Positions 28,404-38,945 of a DNA stretch of 64,000 bases are shown here, one piece after another; position 1 is the first letter of the stretch; each line of letters begins with the position of its first letter. Below the pieces are notes generated by a model. The model saw only the letters and a program-made list of their open reading frames with translations. It ran no database searches and had not been told where the DNA came from. The position numbers were made by a program, and so were the translations under genes. Location: the sequence record PQ390715.1; one strand, 5' to 3'.

Positions 28404-28995
28404 CTGGAACCACCATTTCTTGAATGTGCTTACATTTTATATTTGCCATATTGGTATGTAATATAATGCTGTGTTTACGCAATGATTTTACTTTGTAGCA
28501 CTCATTGAGTACTGAAATAATTCCCCATAACTCTTCTACACTAATAGTGATAGGTTCACTTGTACTCAGTTGCATCAGTGCTGCTTGAACATCATCTTTG
28601 TTATTAATAGTGAACTGGATTCCTCTTTTGAGAATTTTAGTTTTTGGATTGTACTCAGCTAATACATCACCTTCTGGATAACCCTCATGAAGTAATAATG
28701 TTGTTTCAAAATCACCGCAGTTGAAGTTAATTTCATCATAATCAGGTACACAAATGTTCCCTTCCCCGTACTCATTAGGTTCAGATTCTAGTGTTAAAAT
28801 ACGCTGAGTCTCATTGCTCAGGATGATAGAATCATTCCAGTACTGGGTAGTGAATGCTCTACGTTTCTTTTGAAAGCACATACTCGACATTGAACCATAC
28901 TTCTTGTATATGGACTTCTTGAACTCAATAGCAGCAGGAGCCACCTTGATAACTTCACGAATTAAGTCAATAGCTTCTTGATAACTTTTTCTCAT
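28393..28995 (-). CDS. family A paralogue (divergent)
   Basis: VQAALMQLSTSE. Confidence 0.7.
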   Translation of the reverse strand: MRKSYQEAIDLIREVIKVAPAAIEFKKSIYKKYGSMSSMCFQKKRRAFTTQYWNDSIILSNETQRILTLESEPNEYGEGNICVPDYDEINFNCGDFETTLLLHEGYPEGDVLAEYNPKTKILKRGIQFTINNKDDVQAALMQLSTSEPITISVEELWGIISVLNECYKVKSLRKHSIILHTNMANIKCKHIQEMVVPDGL

Positions 28996-29543
28996 TTATC
29001 GTATCCATATAAAATATGATCTAGTGTACTTTGTACTTCTTCATGAAAGAATGAAGGGTAAACTTGTATCAATTTATCTTTAAGTTCAAGGGAATGGCAT
29101 AGTTCTAATGTTTTGTAACAATCCTCGTACTGTGCCAGATCATGTAATGTACTTAACTGAAAATGTTGTTCTTCGGAGTACAATAAATCATAAACCATAT
29201 TATCGGATAAAAGATTAGATTTGATTGAAGGATCAAGTACTGTCTGGTGGTGACCAACCCAAAAGATAGCTTTTGAGTTAATGTTATTACAACCCCATCC
29301 TTTCCCCATCTTTTGGTGAATAGCAAATACACAGGAATCATACAAATTAATGCTCAGACGTTCTTCGTCTGCATGGATAGTTACACCATCAATAGATAGT
29401 GTATATTTGAAATCCATAGCCCCCTCACTTCGTGCACGAGAACTAAAGACCAGATATCGATGAATTATGGTATTGATTTTATCTGTCCATCCATCAACAC
29501 ATTTGGATGCACATAATGTAAAAAGATCATGATTGTAGTTCAT
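28992..29543 (-). CDS. family A paralogue
   Basis: SEEQHFQLSTLHD. Confidence 0.75.
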   Translation of the reverse strand: MNYNHDLFTLCASKCVDGWTDKINTIIHRYLVFSSRARSEGAMDFKYTLSIDGVTIHADEERLSINLYDSCVFAIHQKMGKGWGCNNINSKAIFWVGHHQTVLDPSIKSNLLSDNMVYDLLYSEEQHFQLSTLHDLAQYEDCYKTLELCHSLELKDKLIQVYPSFFHEEVQSTLDHILYGYDK

Positions 29544-29561
29544 AAAATTCTCCTTTAGGAC

Positions 29562-29599
29562 AATGTATCATACAAAAATACCAGAGTCAACCCCTGGTA
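29562..29599 (-). promoter_or_regulatory. sigma70 promoter overlapping a terminator hairpin
   Basis: TTGACT-N17-TACATT; the -35 sits in the loop of TACCAG/CTGGTA + TTTTT. Confidence 0.65.
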
Positions 29600-29604
29600 C
29601 GAAT

Positions 29605-30186
29605 TTAATCCATCATAAGTGGGATAATTGCCCATATCTTTTTCATAATCATATCTTCAGTAAAAACAAATGTTTTAGGAGCAGTATATGATATTGACAC
29701 ACCAAATGGAAGTTTGATTGCATCATCAATTATATTATGAATATCAAACCATGTTTTAACATAATCATACGGTGGAAGTTCATGAATTGTACTTAACTGA
29801 AAGTAATTCTCTTCACCAAAATCACTATATTCAATTTCACAAATTTTAGTGAATTGATGATTCCATTTAGATATAATACTATTTTTATTATTGTACATAG
29901 TAGTTCTATGCATAAAACCATTTTTGCTAGTATGATTTGATATTACGTTTTCTTCAATGTCAGTATCTATTTTAAAATTCATATCAAAGTTGTAGTACGG
30001 ACTTGACGATTCTTTGAATTTTAAATGTAAATTGCGATTGTTATTAATTTCAATTTCAATACAAAACACATCTGAATCAAAACGATTAAACTTGTAATCG
30101 TTATCTTCCGGTAGATTCTGTATTTTTTTCATAATACTAAGCATAGGGTGTACTACACTTTTAATAAAATCATTTGTTATTTTCAT
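29605..30186 (-). CDS. family A paralogue
   Basis: GEENYFQLSTIHE. Confidence 0.75.
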   Translation of the reverse strand: MKITNDFIKSVVHPMLSIMKKIQNLPEDNDYKFNRFDSDVFCIEIEINNNRNLHLKFKESSSPYYNFDMNFKIDTDIEENVISNHTSKNGFMHRTTMYNNKNSIISKWNHQFTKICEIEYSDFGEENYFQLSTIHELPPYDYVKTWFDIHNIIDDAIKLPFGVSISYTAPKTFVFTEDMIMKKIWAIIPLMMD

Positions 30187-30679
30187 AGTATTCCTTTAGA
30201 ACTTTATATGATTCAACAATACTATCTTGTGTATAATTTGAACTATATACAACAGCACTTGTTTTAGTTGACCATAGATATGACATAAAGGTTATAACAC
30301 TACTACATGGACTTAATGTATTGTTTTGAAATTCAATTTCTTCAATGTTATCAGTACTGGTATAGATGAATTGGAAAGTACCCATTGATTTATTGGACAG
30401 CGATACTATAGTAGAATCCGTACCAGGACTATACATGAATGTCTCATTACTAATTGAACTATCATTAGTATATGATGGTTTGGGAATATAAATCAAACGC
30501 ATGATATCGCGTTCAAGACCTGACTTATTACTTTCCACCAAAGAAATCATATCTATATTTGATATATGTTCAACACTGACATGGAACTTTTTGTCGAGAA
30601 TCACATCTCCATGAGAATTTTTATATGAAGACAAAATCTCATACATCTCAACTAATTCGCGTGCATTTAATAAACTCAT
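30170..30679 (-). CDS. family A paralogue
   Basis: IEEIEFQNNTLS. Confidence 0.7.
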   Translation of the reverse strand: MSLLNARELVEMYEILSSYKNSHGDVILDKKFHVSVEHISNIDMISLVESNKSGLERDIMRLIYIPKPSYTNDSSISNETFMYSPGTDSTIVSLSNKSMGTFQFIYTSTDNIEEIEFQNNTLSPCSSVITFMSYLWSTKTSAVVYSSNYTQDSIVESYKVLKEYYENNK

Positions 30680-31104
30680 GTTTTGTCTCTTAATGAAAGA
30701 ATATCCTTAGTATAAACTGAAACAGAAATATGATTATATTTCATCATTAATTTATACACATAAGAAGCTAGTACTAAATCGTAAATTAATTTAGTATTAT
30801 ACAGTACTTGGTATTGTAACGCAAGTGAATCAATATCATCTTTACTTTCAATATCCAGAAATGTACCGAAAAATGTAGTACCGTAGAGATGAAAAGTGGA
30901 ATTAATGCAATCAATGCATTCATTGTCCAATAGAGTAGATGCTGATGCCCTCGGTGAATCCCAAATAGTCACTGCGTGTATGCCCTCAACGAACAAATCT
31001 ATCCATATTTTGTGTCGTTGTCTTTTTTTTGTTTTATAATTTTCTGGATTTGAAAGTGTAGTTTCAATTATATCCCATATGTACAAACAATCATCTCTTG
31101 TCAT
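30676..31104 (-). CDS. family A paralogue (divergent)
   Basis: IDSLALQYQVLY. Confidence 0.65.
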   Translation of the reverse strand: MTRDDCLYIWDIIETTLSNPENYKTKKRQRHKIWIDLFVEGIHAVTIWDSPRASASTLLDNECIDCINSTFHLYGTTFFGTFLDIESKDDIDSLALQYQVLYNTKLIYDLVLASYVYKLMMKYNHISVSVYTKDILSLRDKT

Positions 31105-31682
31105 TGTAGCACCTTATCCATTGCTGCATTTAATGCTTTTAAACGATCAACATTCAAAGTATTGAAGATGTACGTTCCTAAAATGTGGAAATCGAATTGG
31201 TTCTTTTTGTATGTATGATAAATTAAACTACAAAAAACAACAGTACTAAGAACCTCTTCAGGTATAACAGTGCTCATCTGGAACAGTTCTTCTTCAACTG
31301 TACTTGAATCTGGATTGATAGCTTTTAACACATACTCTTCATCACCGAATAGTACTTTAATATTATATAAAACACCAATAGTACTAATATGGAATGGGTG
31401 ATGTGAAAAACTTCCATCATCCTTAATTTGTATATCGGTTCTAATCTCACACTCTTCATTACTTTTACTTTTATTTTTTACAATACAAATATTTCTGGCC
31501 CCAGAAATAGTAAGAATACCGTGGTCGTAATATTCATTTGACCAACATTTGGATGAAATTGATACATCACGGATGAGATATTGTTTTTCAATTTCTTTCG
31601 CACTACCAACAATTGATAGCATTTTTTTACTGATATCATATAATAACTGATGGCGTTCTGTCATATAACTATAAGCGTTCAT
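31101..31682 (-). CDS. family A paralogue
   Basis: VEEELFQMSTVI. Confidence 0.75.
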   Translation of the reverse strand: MNAYSYMTERHQLLYDISKKMLSIVGSAKEIEKQYLIRDVSISSKCWSNEYYDHGILTISGARNICIVKNKSKSNEECEIRTDIQIKDDGSFSHHPFHISTIGVLYNIKVLFGDEEYVLKAINPDSSTVEEELFQMSTVIPEEVLSTVVFCSLIYHTYKKNQFDFHILGTYIFNTLNVDRLKALNAAMDKVLQ

Positions 31683-32253
31683 ATTTTTCCTTAACAGATT
31701 CTATATTTTGAAGTAGTGTATTCAGAACATCAGTCTTGCAATTGATAAAATCATTGTACATAACTAGTTCACCACAATCAAGAATTTTTGCAGTATCGTA
31801 ACAAAGCATTAAGTACTCGAATTCTTTGTAATTGTCCAACAAGGATTTCTGGAAAATGAATGCATCTCGAATATCTTCACTTTGGTCTAATTCTGGTGGA
31901 ACATCCAACCCAATAAAACCATCATCTTCACTGAAATTAGATTCTACAATTTTATTCATTTTTTCATGTAATGCATTCGCAAATACCATATTATAAGAAA
32001 TAGAACCAATACGTTCACGATTTCTGGATGTGCGAATGTACATAGTAATCGTATCCCATGAACTTTTAATTTTTTTAGAAAATTCATAAGTTTTATATAC
32101 ATCCAACTGAACTGAACCAAAACGATGTTTGGATTTGTTTTCAATTTTCAGTCGATAATTATCAAATTCAACAATTTCTGTAATGTCATGAATCTCTGAA
32201 AGTTCTGCAATGTCATGCATGAGTCTCAAAATTTTAGTTCTGATATGGTTCAT
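31669..32253 (-). CDS. family A paralogue
   Basis: RDAFIFQKSLLD. Confidence 0.72.
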   Translation of the reverse strand: MNHIRTKILRLMHDIAELSEIHDITEIVEFDNYRLKIENKSKHRFGSVQLDVYKTYEFSKKIKSSWDTITMYIRTSRNRERIGSISYNMVFANALHEKMNKIVESNFSEDDGFIGLDVPPELDQSEDIRDAFIFQKSLLDNYKEFEYLMLCYDTAKILDCGELVMYNDFINCKTDVLNTLLQNIESVKEKYERL

Positions 32254-32828
32254 TGTGCATCCTCGAATTTAACAGGTACATGTTCATTAATGAAATTCTT
32301 AAGAGCCTGTACTAAATCCTCTAATTCTTTTGTACTGTATTTTAAAATAGTTTTAAAGTGAATCAAATCTTTTCTTTCCATGATCTTTGGAATTTTATAT
32401 GCTAACTCTAAACAGCGTACAGTACTGGCATCATACAAAAGGTTTGCGTTGAACATTAGAACATTGTATTCATCAGATGAAATTTTATAATTATATGTAT
32501 CAATCACTTCATGTGTGTATAAATTCTTATACACAATTTTATTCTCACTGAAGTTTGAGCAAACACACAGATGATCGTTGTAAAATGAAGAACGATAATC
32601 TTGTTTACGTTGTACATCTGATATGATTTGTAATACTGTATATTTTTCTTCAGAATCCAACTCAATGTTAGCATAACTGCTTGCAGTTTCGGATGCAAGG
32701 ATATTGATGTTATATTTCTCATTGACTTTAATGTACTGGCGGGAACCAGTATCAGGAATGAACTTAAAACAATGCTTCAGAAGTAATGTGACTTCTTTAA
32801 TTAATTCAGTACTCATAGATTCCTCCAA
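32250..32828 (-). CDS. family A paralogue (divergent)
   Basis: YNVLMFNANLLYD. Confidence 0.68.
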   Translation of the reverse strand: MEESMSTELIKEVTLLLKHCFKFIPDTGSRQYIKVNEKYNINILASETASSYANIELDSEEKYTVLQIISDVQRKQDYRSSFYNDHLCVCSNFSENKIVYKNLYTHEVIDTYNYKISSDEYNVLMFNANLLYDASTVRCLELAYKIPKIMERKDLIHFKTILKYSTKELEDLVQALKNFINEHVPVKFEDAQ

Positions 32829-32843
32829 CTCTATTTAAAATCA

Positions 32844-32872
32844 AGTATAACACACCTGAATGCTCTTGTAAA
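32844..32872 (-). promoter_or_regulatory. sigma70 promoter
   Basis: TTTACA-N17-TATACT with TG. Confidence 0.75.
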
Positions 32873-32883
32873 GCCATAAACAC

Positions 32884-32906
32884 AAAAAGACCCATACGGG
32901 TCTTTA
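32884..32906 (-). terminator. Rho-independent terminator
   Basis: AAAGACCCGTATGGGTCTTTTT. Confidence 0.8.
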
Positions 32907-33470
32907 TTTTGGTAAAACACTGTCAATGTACGCTAGAACCTCATCTCGAAGGTACGTTCCATCTATAGTTAGGTAATAGTTCATGGGAATATCACTCCCA
33001 ACCTTCTCATAAATTTTCATACATGATATCACATCTTCATCACAAATGGTACTCAATTGAAAAAGAACTTCATCGGTTAACGGTACGATATCATGTTTAG
33101 ATAGGGGATTTGTATTTTCATTCAACACAATATTAATCAAGTTAGGAGTATTCTTTGACGAAATATAACGATGCTTACTACGAATTACCATTCTCGATAG
33201 TGAAATACTGGAACTCCATCTTGGATCAACATCTTCATATGATAACGATATTAACATCTCGTGAAAATCTTGAAATTTCATTGACGCATAATATGTTTTA
33301 TCCTCACCGTACATACCAAATGATTTAAATTCAATATCCCCCACTTTGTATGTATCGACATCATTATTTGAGAACTTTATTAAACTATTAATTAGTCTAA
33401 TTAGAATATCATCTTTATCCATTCTTAAATAACTCCAAGTGCATGTCGTATAAATCTCTGAAGTCTTCAT
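32904..33470 (-). CDS. family A paralogue
   Basis: TDEVLFQLSTIC. Confidence 0.75.
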   Translation of the reverse strand: MKTSEIYTTCTWSYLRMDKDDILIRLINSLIKFSNNDVDTYKVGDIEFKSFGMYGEDKTYYASMKFQDFHEMLISLSYEDVDPRWSSSISLSRMVIRSKHRYISSKNTPNLINIVLNENTNPLSKHDIVPLTDEVLFQLSTICDEDVISCMKIYEKVGSDIPMNYYLTIDGTYLRDEVLAYIDSVLPK

Positions 33471-33978
33471 AGAAATCTTTTTCTTCGAGAATATTCTTTA
33501 AACTGGGAATCTCTTCCATAATTTCATCTATATCTGATTCTATGAAAAATCCTGATGGATTATCGTAGTTTTGTAACAGATAACTGAAAGTAATAATGTA
33601 AAGAAGTTCATTAGGATTGTGAATTAAACTTAGCTGGAACATAGCTGATTCTAAATCTGATTCAGTACTAAGATCAACCCAACGTGAATTTCTATAATCA
33701 ATTCGTACTTGACTTGTATTTGGATTCCATGTGAAGCAATGTGTACCAATATGACCTATACAACCAACCCTTGTACTGTCTCCGGTATCAACACTGATAT
33801 CAACAAATAGTTCAATACCGATATCGGTTGATGTTACACGACCTTTTTTCAGAAATAAATCATTATCCTTACGAAATTGTTTGGATGAAAGAGTGTCAAT
33901 GATGCACATCAATGTTTTTGCAAATGCAACACAATGACGAAATTCAAGCCTATGAAATTGGTAATCATTGATATTCAT
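33415..33978 (-). CDS. family A paralogue
   Basis: LESAMFQLSLIH. Confidence 0.75.
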   Translation of the reverse strand: MNINDYQFHRLEFRHCVAFAKTLMCIIDTLSSKQFRKDNDLFLKKGRVTSTDIGIELFVDISVDTGDSTRVGCIGHIGTHCFTWNPNTSQVRIDYRNSRWVDLSTESDLESAMFQLSLIHNPNELLYIITFSYLLQNYDNPSGFFIESDIDEIMEEIPSLKNILEEKDFYEDFRDLYDMHLELFKNG

Positions 33979-34517
33979 AATTCAACCCTCAATATTTTAT
34001 CAGCAATAGATATAACCTTATCATTGAATACATTACCAATCTCAATCCTTATATACATAGCAGGTGGAATCTTTCCTTGTAGTGAATAATATGTTTGTAT
34101 ACCTAAGTACTCATTATCTGATAATGAAAATTTGATTCTCTCCATATCAATGTCTGTTACTGGTAAATCTATCATTTCATAATGGTAGTCAACGTTTTCA
34201 TTGTATATTTTATCGAAGTAATTTGAATAATCACTACTAATGTAGATGCTATCATCACGAATAATTACTTTATAATCAGAAGGTTCAAATTTATCTTTAC
34301 AGGAAAAGAATGCATCATCTATTTTCTCTTCTCTTATGCCAAATAACATTCTACCATCATATTTTACATCAAGAATACTACCTAGTATATTAATGGTACA
34401 ATGCTCATCAATATTATGATGTAATGAACGTTTTTTGTATTTTGGGTTAATGAAAATTTTCATTAATTTTATACAAATTTCAGTAATGCATTTTACATTC
34501 TCATTTTCTATGTACAT
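33975..34517 (-). CDS. probable family A paralogue (motif degenerate)
   Basis: DMERIKFSLSDNE at the expected position. Confidence 0.6.
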   Translation of the reverse strand: MYIENENVKCITEICIKLMKIFINPKYKKRSLHHNIDEHCTINILGSILDVKYDGRMLFGIREEKIDDAFFSCKDKFEPSDYKVIIRDDSIYISSDYSNYFDKIYNENVDYHYEMIDLPVTDIDMERIKFSLSDNEYLGIQTYYSLQGKIPPAMYIRIEIGNVFNDKVISIADKILRVEL

Positions 34518-35004
34518 TAAAAGCCCTCTTTAATTCTTTTACATTTTTAATGAATACTTTCATTGCAGAAATCTCAAAAGATAATGTATTAAATTTGCAG
34601 TACTTTTTAAAGTACGACATAATATATAACATTTTGAGTTCTTTTTCTGTATAAATTAAACTGTTTTGAAAGTAACTTTCTTCGGAAATGTCCGTAAGAA
34701 AAGAATAAAATGTATTTTGCTTGTGCACAATTTTAATACTATCAGACCAAGATTTGTATGAAACGTAATCAGTACGTGCAAAATCATATAGTGAATTAGA
34801 TGTATCTGTGTATGTTTCCGAGAACACAATCTTATATATCTTATCTTGAATTCGAGAACATATGTACCTATGGTCATCTGTCTCACTGATTGCAATGTAT
34901 CTATGGAGTAAATCTTTATGAGCATTGATGAACTCAAACACTTCTAAACACTCCCTAGCGAACTTCATAGTTTCTCTGTACTTTCGGTTCATTAGTCTCT
35001 CCAA
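34501..35004 (-). CDS. family A paralogue
   Basis: SEESYFQNSLIY. Confidence 0.75.
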   Translation of the reverse strand: MERLMNRKYRETMKFARECLEVFEFINAHKDLLHRYIAISETDDHRYICSRIQDKIYKIVFSETYTDTSNSLYDFARTDYVSYKSWSDSIKIVHKQNTFYSFLTDISEESYFQNSLIYTEKELKMLYIMSYFKKYCKFNTLSFEISAMKVFIKNVKELKRAFNVHRK

Positions 35005-35405
35005 ACTTTACCAGGGAAGTGTTTCTCGTAGTACTCATCATCACTTAACATATAATCAGGAGTTTCTACTTCTATGGTTTTGAAGATTGTTTCTGGAATG
35101 TGTGTGACTTTATTGGGTTGTACTTTATGTTCGCGTAAAACCTTCTGTATCGCTCCTAGACGTTGTAAATCGATACATGTAGGAAAGACTAAGCTGTACT
35201 GAAATAACTCATCAGGGGTCATTATAGACACATCTTTAGCTTGTTTGATTTGATAATTAGTACTAATGAATATATCAAATCCTTGTACAGCATTATAGCT
35301 TACATAGGTTGTTTTATTTTTGTCAATAGGAGCACTTAAACGATATCCATATATCCCGTGTTGGTCAACAACACAACGTTGCATAATTTTAATCATTTCT
35401 AACAT
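34992..35405 (-). CDS. family A paralogue (short type)
   Basis: TPDELFQYSLVF. Confidence 0.75.
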   Translation of the reverse strand: MLEMIKIMQRCVVDQHGIYGYRLSAPIDKNKTTYVSYNAVQGFDIFISTNYQIKQAKDVSIMTPDELFQYSLVFPTCIDLQRLGAIQKVLREHKVQPNKVTHIPETIFKTIEVETPDYMLSDDEYYEKHFPGKVWRD

Positions 35406-35751
35406 AATTTACCTCATATGTATTGTAACACCACGGTTTAACAATATCGATTTGTATATCATTTGCTTCATGAAAATGTTTAAGTACCTTCTGGTATTCC
35501 ATTATTTCGTACACATCTTCAGTACTGATAGTGCTCTGCTGAAACAATTCCTCTTCTGATAAAGTACTATAATCAGGGATTTTTATTTCTGAATATATAT
35601 CATTTATCTTTCCATTATATTGATAAATCTGGATATAAAATTGATTGTATTCTGGAATATAGGTCACATAATGGTTGTGGTTGATTACATATCTTGAAAC
35701 AAAGTATTCAGTACCATCAGTCATGTACTGAATTGTTGTCGTATTTTTCAT
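35389..35751 (-). CDS. family A paralogue (short type)
   Basis: DYSTLSEEELFQQSTIS. Confidence 0.75.
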   Translation of the reverse strand: MKNTTTIQYMTDGTEYFVSRYVINHNHYVTYIPEYNQFYIQIYQYNGKINDIYSEIKIPDYSTLSEEELFQQSTISTEDVYEIMEYQKVLKHFHEANDIQIDIVKPWCYNTYEVNYVRND

Positions 35752-36211
35752 TCAAATAATCCACGCATTTATAGTATACTACTAAATCTAAAAAGAATCG
35801 TTGTTTGTATTTGTAATGATGAAGTAGTGCACCATAAAATAACATAGCATTAAGTACTTTTACATCATGAATACAAGAACCCTGAAAGTACATTTCCTCT
35901 GACATGAACACTAAATCATCATACTTAACAAATACTGCTTCTCTATAATTGTCAATATTAATCTTCAAATCAGACCCAGGGCAATATGAAATGTATCCGG
36001 CTTTGTAATGAAAGTCATTGTCATCAAAGTACTCGGCATAGATTTGATTACCTCTTTCATTAGTAAACGCAAGTCTTCCTTTGGATGAACTAAACTCATC
36101 GTATTCGAACATACCACCAAATGGGTCAGGACTTCTGAACTCCTTTGCAATGCGATAGATATTTTCTGCAAATTCTAAAACACCATCGTAATCATATTCT
36201 GTAGTAATCAT
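35717..36211 (-). CDS. family A paralogue (long type)
   Basis: SEEMYFQGSCIH...FFLD. Confidence 0.75.
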   Translation of the reverse strand: MITTEYDYDGVLEFAENIYRIAKEFRSPDPFGGMFEYDEFSSSKGRLAFTNERGNQIYAEYFDDNDFHYKAGYISYCPGSDLKINIDNYREAVFVKYDDLVFMSEEMYFQGSCIHDVKVLNAMLFYGALLHHYKYKQRFFLDLVVYYKCVDYLNEKYDNNSVHD

Positions 36212-36684
36212 AAACCATTTTTCTCCAGGTACTCAATAATACAATCGAGATTGTTCAGGTCCAAGTAGAAATGATCACTATCTGAATTTAGTTCATTTTT
36301 AAGGGCAGTGTAAATCACTGAACTGAAAACAATCCTCTCTGGATACACAGTACTGTACTGGAAGAACTCTTCTTCAGTGTTAATTTCAGCCGTATCAAAT
36401 CCTTCATTTATAAGATGATGATTGTAGTATTTGAAATTATCTGAACTTGGGAAATGGTATGAAATAAAATCACCACTTGGTACTTCATCAAGCACTCTAA
36501 TACTACAAGTTGATTCATCTGAACTATAGAGTAACCCATCCATAAAGGAAAGGTATCCATTTCGTTTTTTGACTGTATGTTTGCCTACGGAAAAATCTTC
36601 AGTAACATTTGTAAGGAATTTATAAACCCTGATAATGTCTTTTGCTATTTTTTGTGCATTGCTAAATGATAGGTCTTTGGACAT
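36208..36684 (-). CDS. family A paralogue (long type)
   Basis: TEEEFFQYSTVY...FYLD. Confidence 0.75.
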   Translation of the reverse strand: MSKDLSFSNAQKIAKDIIRVYKFLTNVTEDFSVGKHTVKKRNGYLSFMDGLLYSSDESTCSIRVLDEVPSGDFISYHFPSSDNFKYYNHHLINEGFDTAEINTEEEFFQYSTVYPERIVFSSVIYTALKNELNSDSDHFYLDLNNLDCIIEYLEKNGL

Positions 36685-36717
36685 TGTGATATAACCCTTT
36701 ACAATTAATATAAAGAG

Positions 36718-36747
36718 ATTATATCACAAAGAATCGGAGGGTGTCAA
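36718..36747 (-). promoter_or_regulatory. sigma70 promoter
   Basis: TTGACA-N18-TATAAT with TG. Confidence 0.75.
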
Positions 36748-37328
36748 GATGGGTTGCGAAGTTCTACCATTTCTTTCCAAACTAATTGGTAATCTTCTAA
36801 GTCCAGATAGAAGTCTTCATTCCAGTGCTCATGAAAGTACTTATACATGAATAGAACTCCTAAATCGTATGCAGGAAACAATAATGATAGTTGAAAGTAG
36901 TATTCCTGATTTAAAACTATATCAATAAACTCTAATGTACGTATGCCACCTTTCGATGAACGTATCTCAATGTGTGAGGTATCCTTCATACTGTAACACA
37001 TGAAACCACCTCTAAATTCTGGATCATATTCACATTCGAACTGCTCACTGTTGTTATAGAAATCTCTCCCACTTTCTTGATCTTTCGGTCTACGTACTGA
37101 TACATGAATATTTTTATCACGGTACATTGAACGATTTAGTATTTTCAAACATTTGAACTTATCTTCTTTAATGAACTTGATAATATCAATTATATCTTGT
37201 GCTGTACTGATAGCTGATTCGAATGTATCCAACTTAAGATGATTATATTGGGTTCCAGAGTTCATTTTTTTATCTAACATATAAACCTCATAATTCATAC
37301 ATTTTTGATTTGAACTGCATATGACCAC
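36744..37328 (-). CDS. family A paralogue (long type)
   Basis: NQEYYFQLSLLF...FYLD. Confidence 0.75.
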   Translation of the reverse strand: MVICSSNQKCMNYEVYMLDKKMNSGTQYNHLKLDTFESAISTAQDIIDIIKFIKEDKFKCLKILNRSMYRDKNIHVSVRRPKDQESGRDFYNNSEQFECEYDPEFRGGFMCYSMKDTSHIEIRSSKGGIRTLEFIDIVLNQEYYFQLSLLFPAYDLGVLFMYKYFHEHWNEDFYLDLEDYQLVWKEMVELRNPS

Positions 37329-37629
37329 CTATTTCACATGGATAACAATTCATAATTTTGTTCAATAGAATCTGGTATTTTTTAATAACTTCTATATCAA
37401 TTTTTATATTACTATTAAAAACTAATGATTCTTGAAATAATTCCCCCTCGTCAAGTGAAGTAAAATCATTTATCTTCAAGGGTATATTGTTGCATCGCAA
37501 GGAGAATGTATTTTCATCACGAATTAAAGTATAGAAATCATTATGTTTTTTATTATAATCAAATTTAACAAGTAGTAGTTTAATATGAGTAGCGTACATT
37601 ACTTTAACTAATTCAGATTCACGTCGCAT
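37288..37629 (-). CDS. family A paralogue (short type)
   Basis: DFTSLDEGELFQESLVF. Confidence 0.75.
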   Translation of the reverse strand: MRRESELVKVMYATHIKLLLVKFDYNKKHNDFYTLIRDENTFSLRCNNIPLKINDFTSLDEGELFQESLVFNSNIKIDIEVIKKYQILLNKIMNCYPCEIGGHMQFKSKMYEL

Positions 37630-38051
37630 ACAATACCTCTCTTATGATGCAAACATTCTTGCATAATGTGTTGTATTTTTCGTAACAGAAACACATCCAG
37701 TTCATTAAAAACAGTACTGTACTGGAACATCTCTTCTTCCCCGTACTCAGTTAAATCATCAATTTCATCTCTAGAAACAGCTACAATATTAAAACCACGT
37801 GTACTACAATAACCCTTAGTAAGATAATATATGTACTTGTACTCTCCGTTGATATCTAAGAGATCTTGTGTGATACAGAAGCTTTTGGGTGACAGTTTAT
37901 CATCAGGAACCATATGCCTTGCTTGTACATAGCAACGGATACCATCACCTATACTATATGTAATAACTTCAAATTCAATCTTCATAGGTGAATATAATCC
38001 TTTTATATTGCTCAGGTGCAGTACTGAAACGTTTGATTGGATAATTATCAA
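37608..38051 (-). CDS. family A paralogue (short type)
   Basis: GEEEMFQYSTVF. Confidence 0.75.
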   Translation of the reverse strand: MIIIQSNVSVLHLSNIKGLYSPMKIEFEVITYSIGDGIRCYVQARHMVPDDKLSPKSFCITQDLLDINGEYKYIYYLTKGYCSTRGFNIVAVSRDEIDDLTEYGEEEMFQYSTVFNELDVFLLRKIQHIMQECLHHKRGIVCDVNLN

Positions 38052-38337
38052 AGATTCTTTTCATTTCTTTCTGGATTAAACATAAGAAATCAAAGTTACA
38101 ATCGTACTTATTATCCCATACTAAACTTTCTTGGAATAACTCATCCTCTTGCATTAGTGTAGTGTCAATTACATCTTCACGGACATAGCTATATACTTCA
38201 TAGCTCTTGAAGCCATCTTCTGATAATTCTAATTCATATGCAGCCATATCAAACATATCATCATGGTTTGTCTTCAAAGATATTAAACAAGTAACTAATT
38301 TTTTAGTTGTATAGTATGTAATACTTAATGTGTTCAT
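37975..38337 (-). CDS. family A paralogue (short type)
   Basis: QEDELFQESLVWD. Confidence 0.75.
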   Translation of the reverse strand: MNTLSITYYTTKKLVTCLISLKTNHDDMFDMAAYELELSEDGFKSYEVYSYVREDVIDTTLMQEDELFQESLVWDNKYDCNFDFLCLIQKEMKRIFDNYPIKRFSTAPEQYKRIIFTYED

Positions 38338-38342
38338 TTGTT

Positions 38343-38945
38343 TTATACCTCAGTATATAGCTTACAATAGCTTTCATCGAAATTACAAACACTTCTCAAG
38401 TACTGACACAGGTCATTGAAAATATTTACATTTGATATATATACATTATCAAATTCTGTTCGTTGAAAGAATGTATACATAGAATTTGTAATATATCGCA
38501 TTGCATCTTCACGTCCCATAGTTATATCATTTGTGAACATTGCATCTTCATCAGTACTGATGTGTTCTATTTTAAATGATTTCATAAATGGAATACTCTT
38601 TCCTAGGGCATAACCATCACCATATGATGCTTCTACTGCACCTTTAGAATAAAGGAATTGATATAAGTCCGAATCACGATTATAAAAAGTACGACATACG
38701 GAGGAACATAATTTATTATCTATATGAAATAAAAATCTTTTAGCATTTTTGTCTAATACTATTCGCAATGCATCACTCTCTAGAAATATATCACCATCAA
38801 GCATAAATGAGAACTGTACTAATGCTTTTTCTAAATCCGCTCGTTTGTGATAAATCATTTCCTGCATATATATAATATCATTTGCTAATTTCTTAAAAAA
38901 CAAATGCACATCTGCACTACAACATTTATTTGCATTTATTGACAT
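38343..38945 (-). CDS. family A paralogue (divergent)
   Basis: DEDAMFTNDITM. Confidence 0.65.
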   Translation of the reverse strand: MSINANKCCSADVHLFFKKLANDIIYMQEMIYHKRADLEKALVQFSFMLDGDIFLESDALRIVLDKNAKRFLFHIDNKLCSSVCRTFYNRDSDLYQFLYSKGAVEASYGDGYALGKSIPFMKSFKIEHISTDEDAMFTNDITMGREDAMRYITNSMYTFFQRTEFDNVYISNVNIFNDLCQYLRSVCNFDESYCKLYTEV

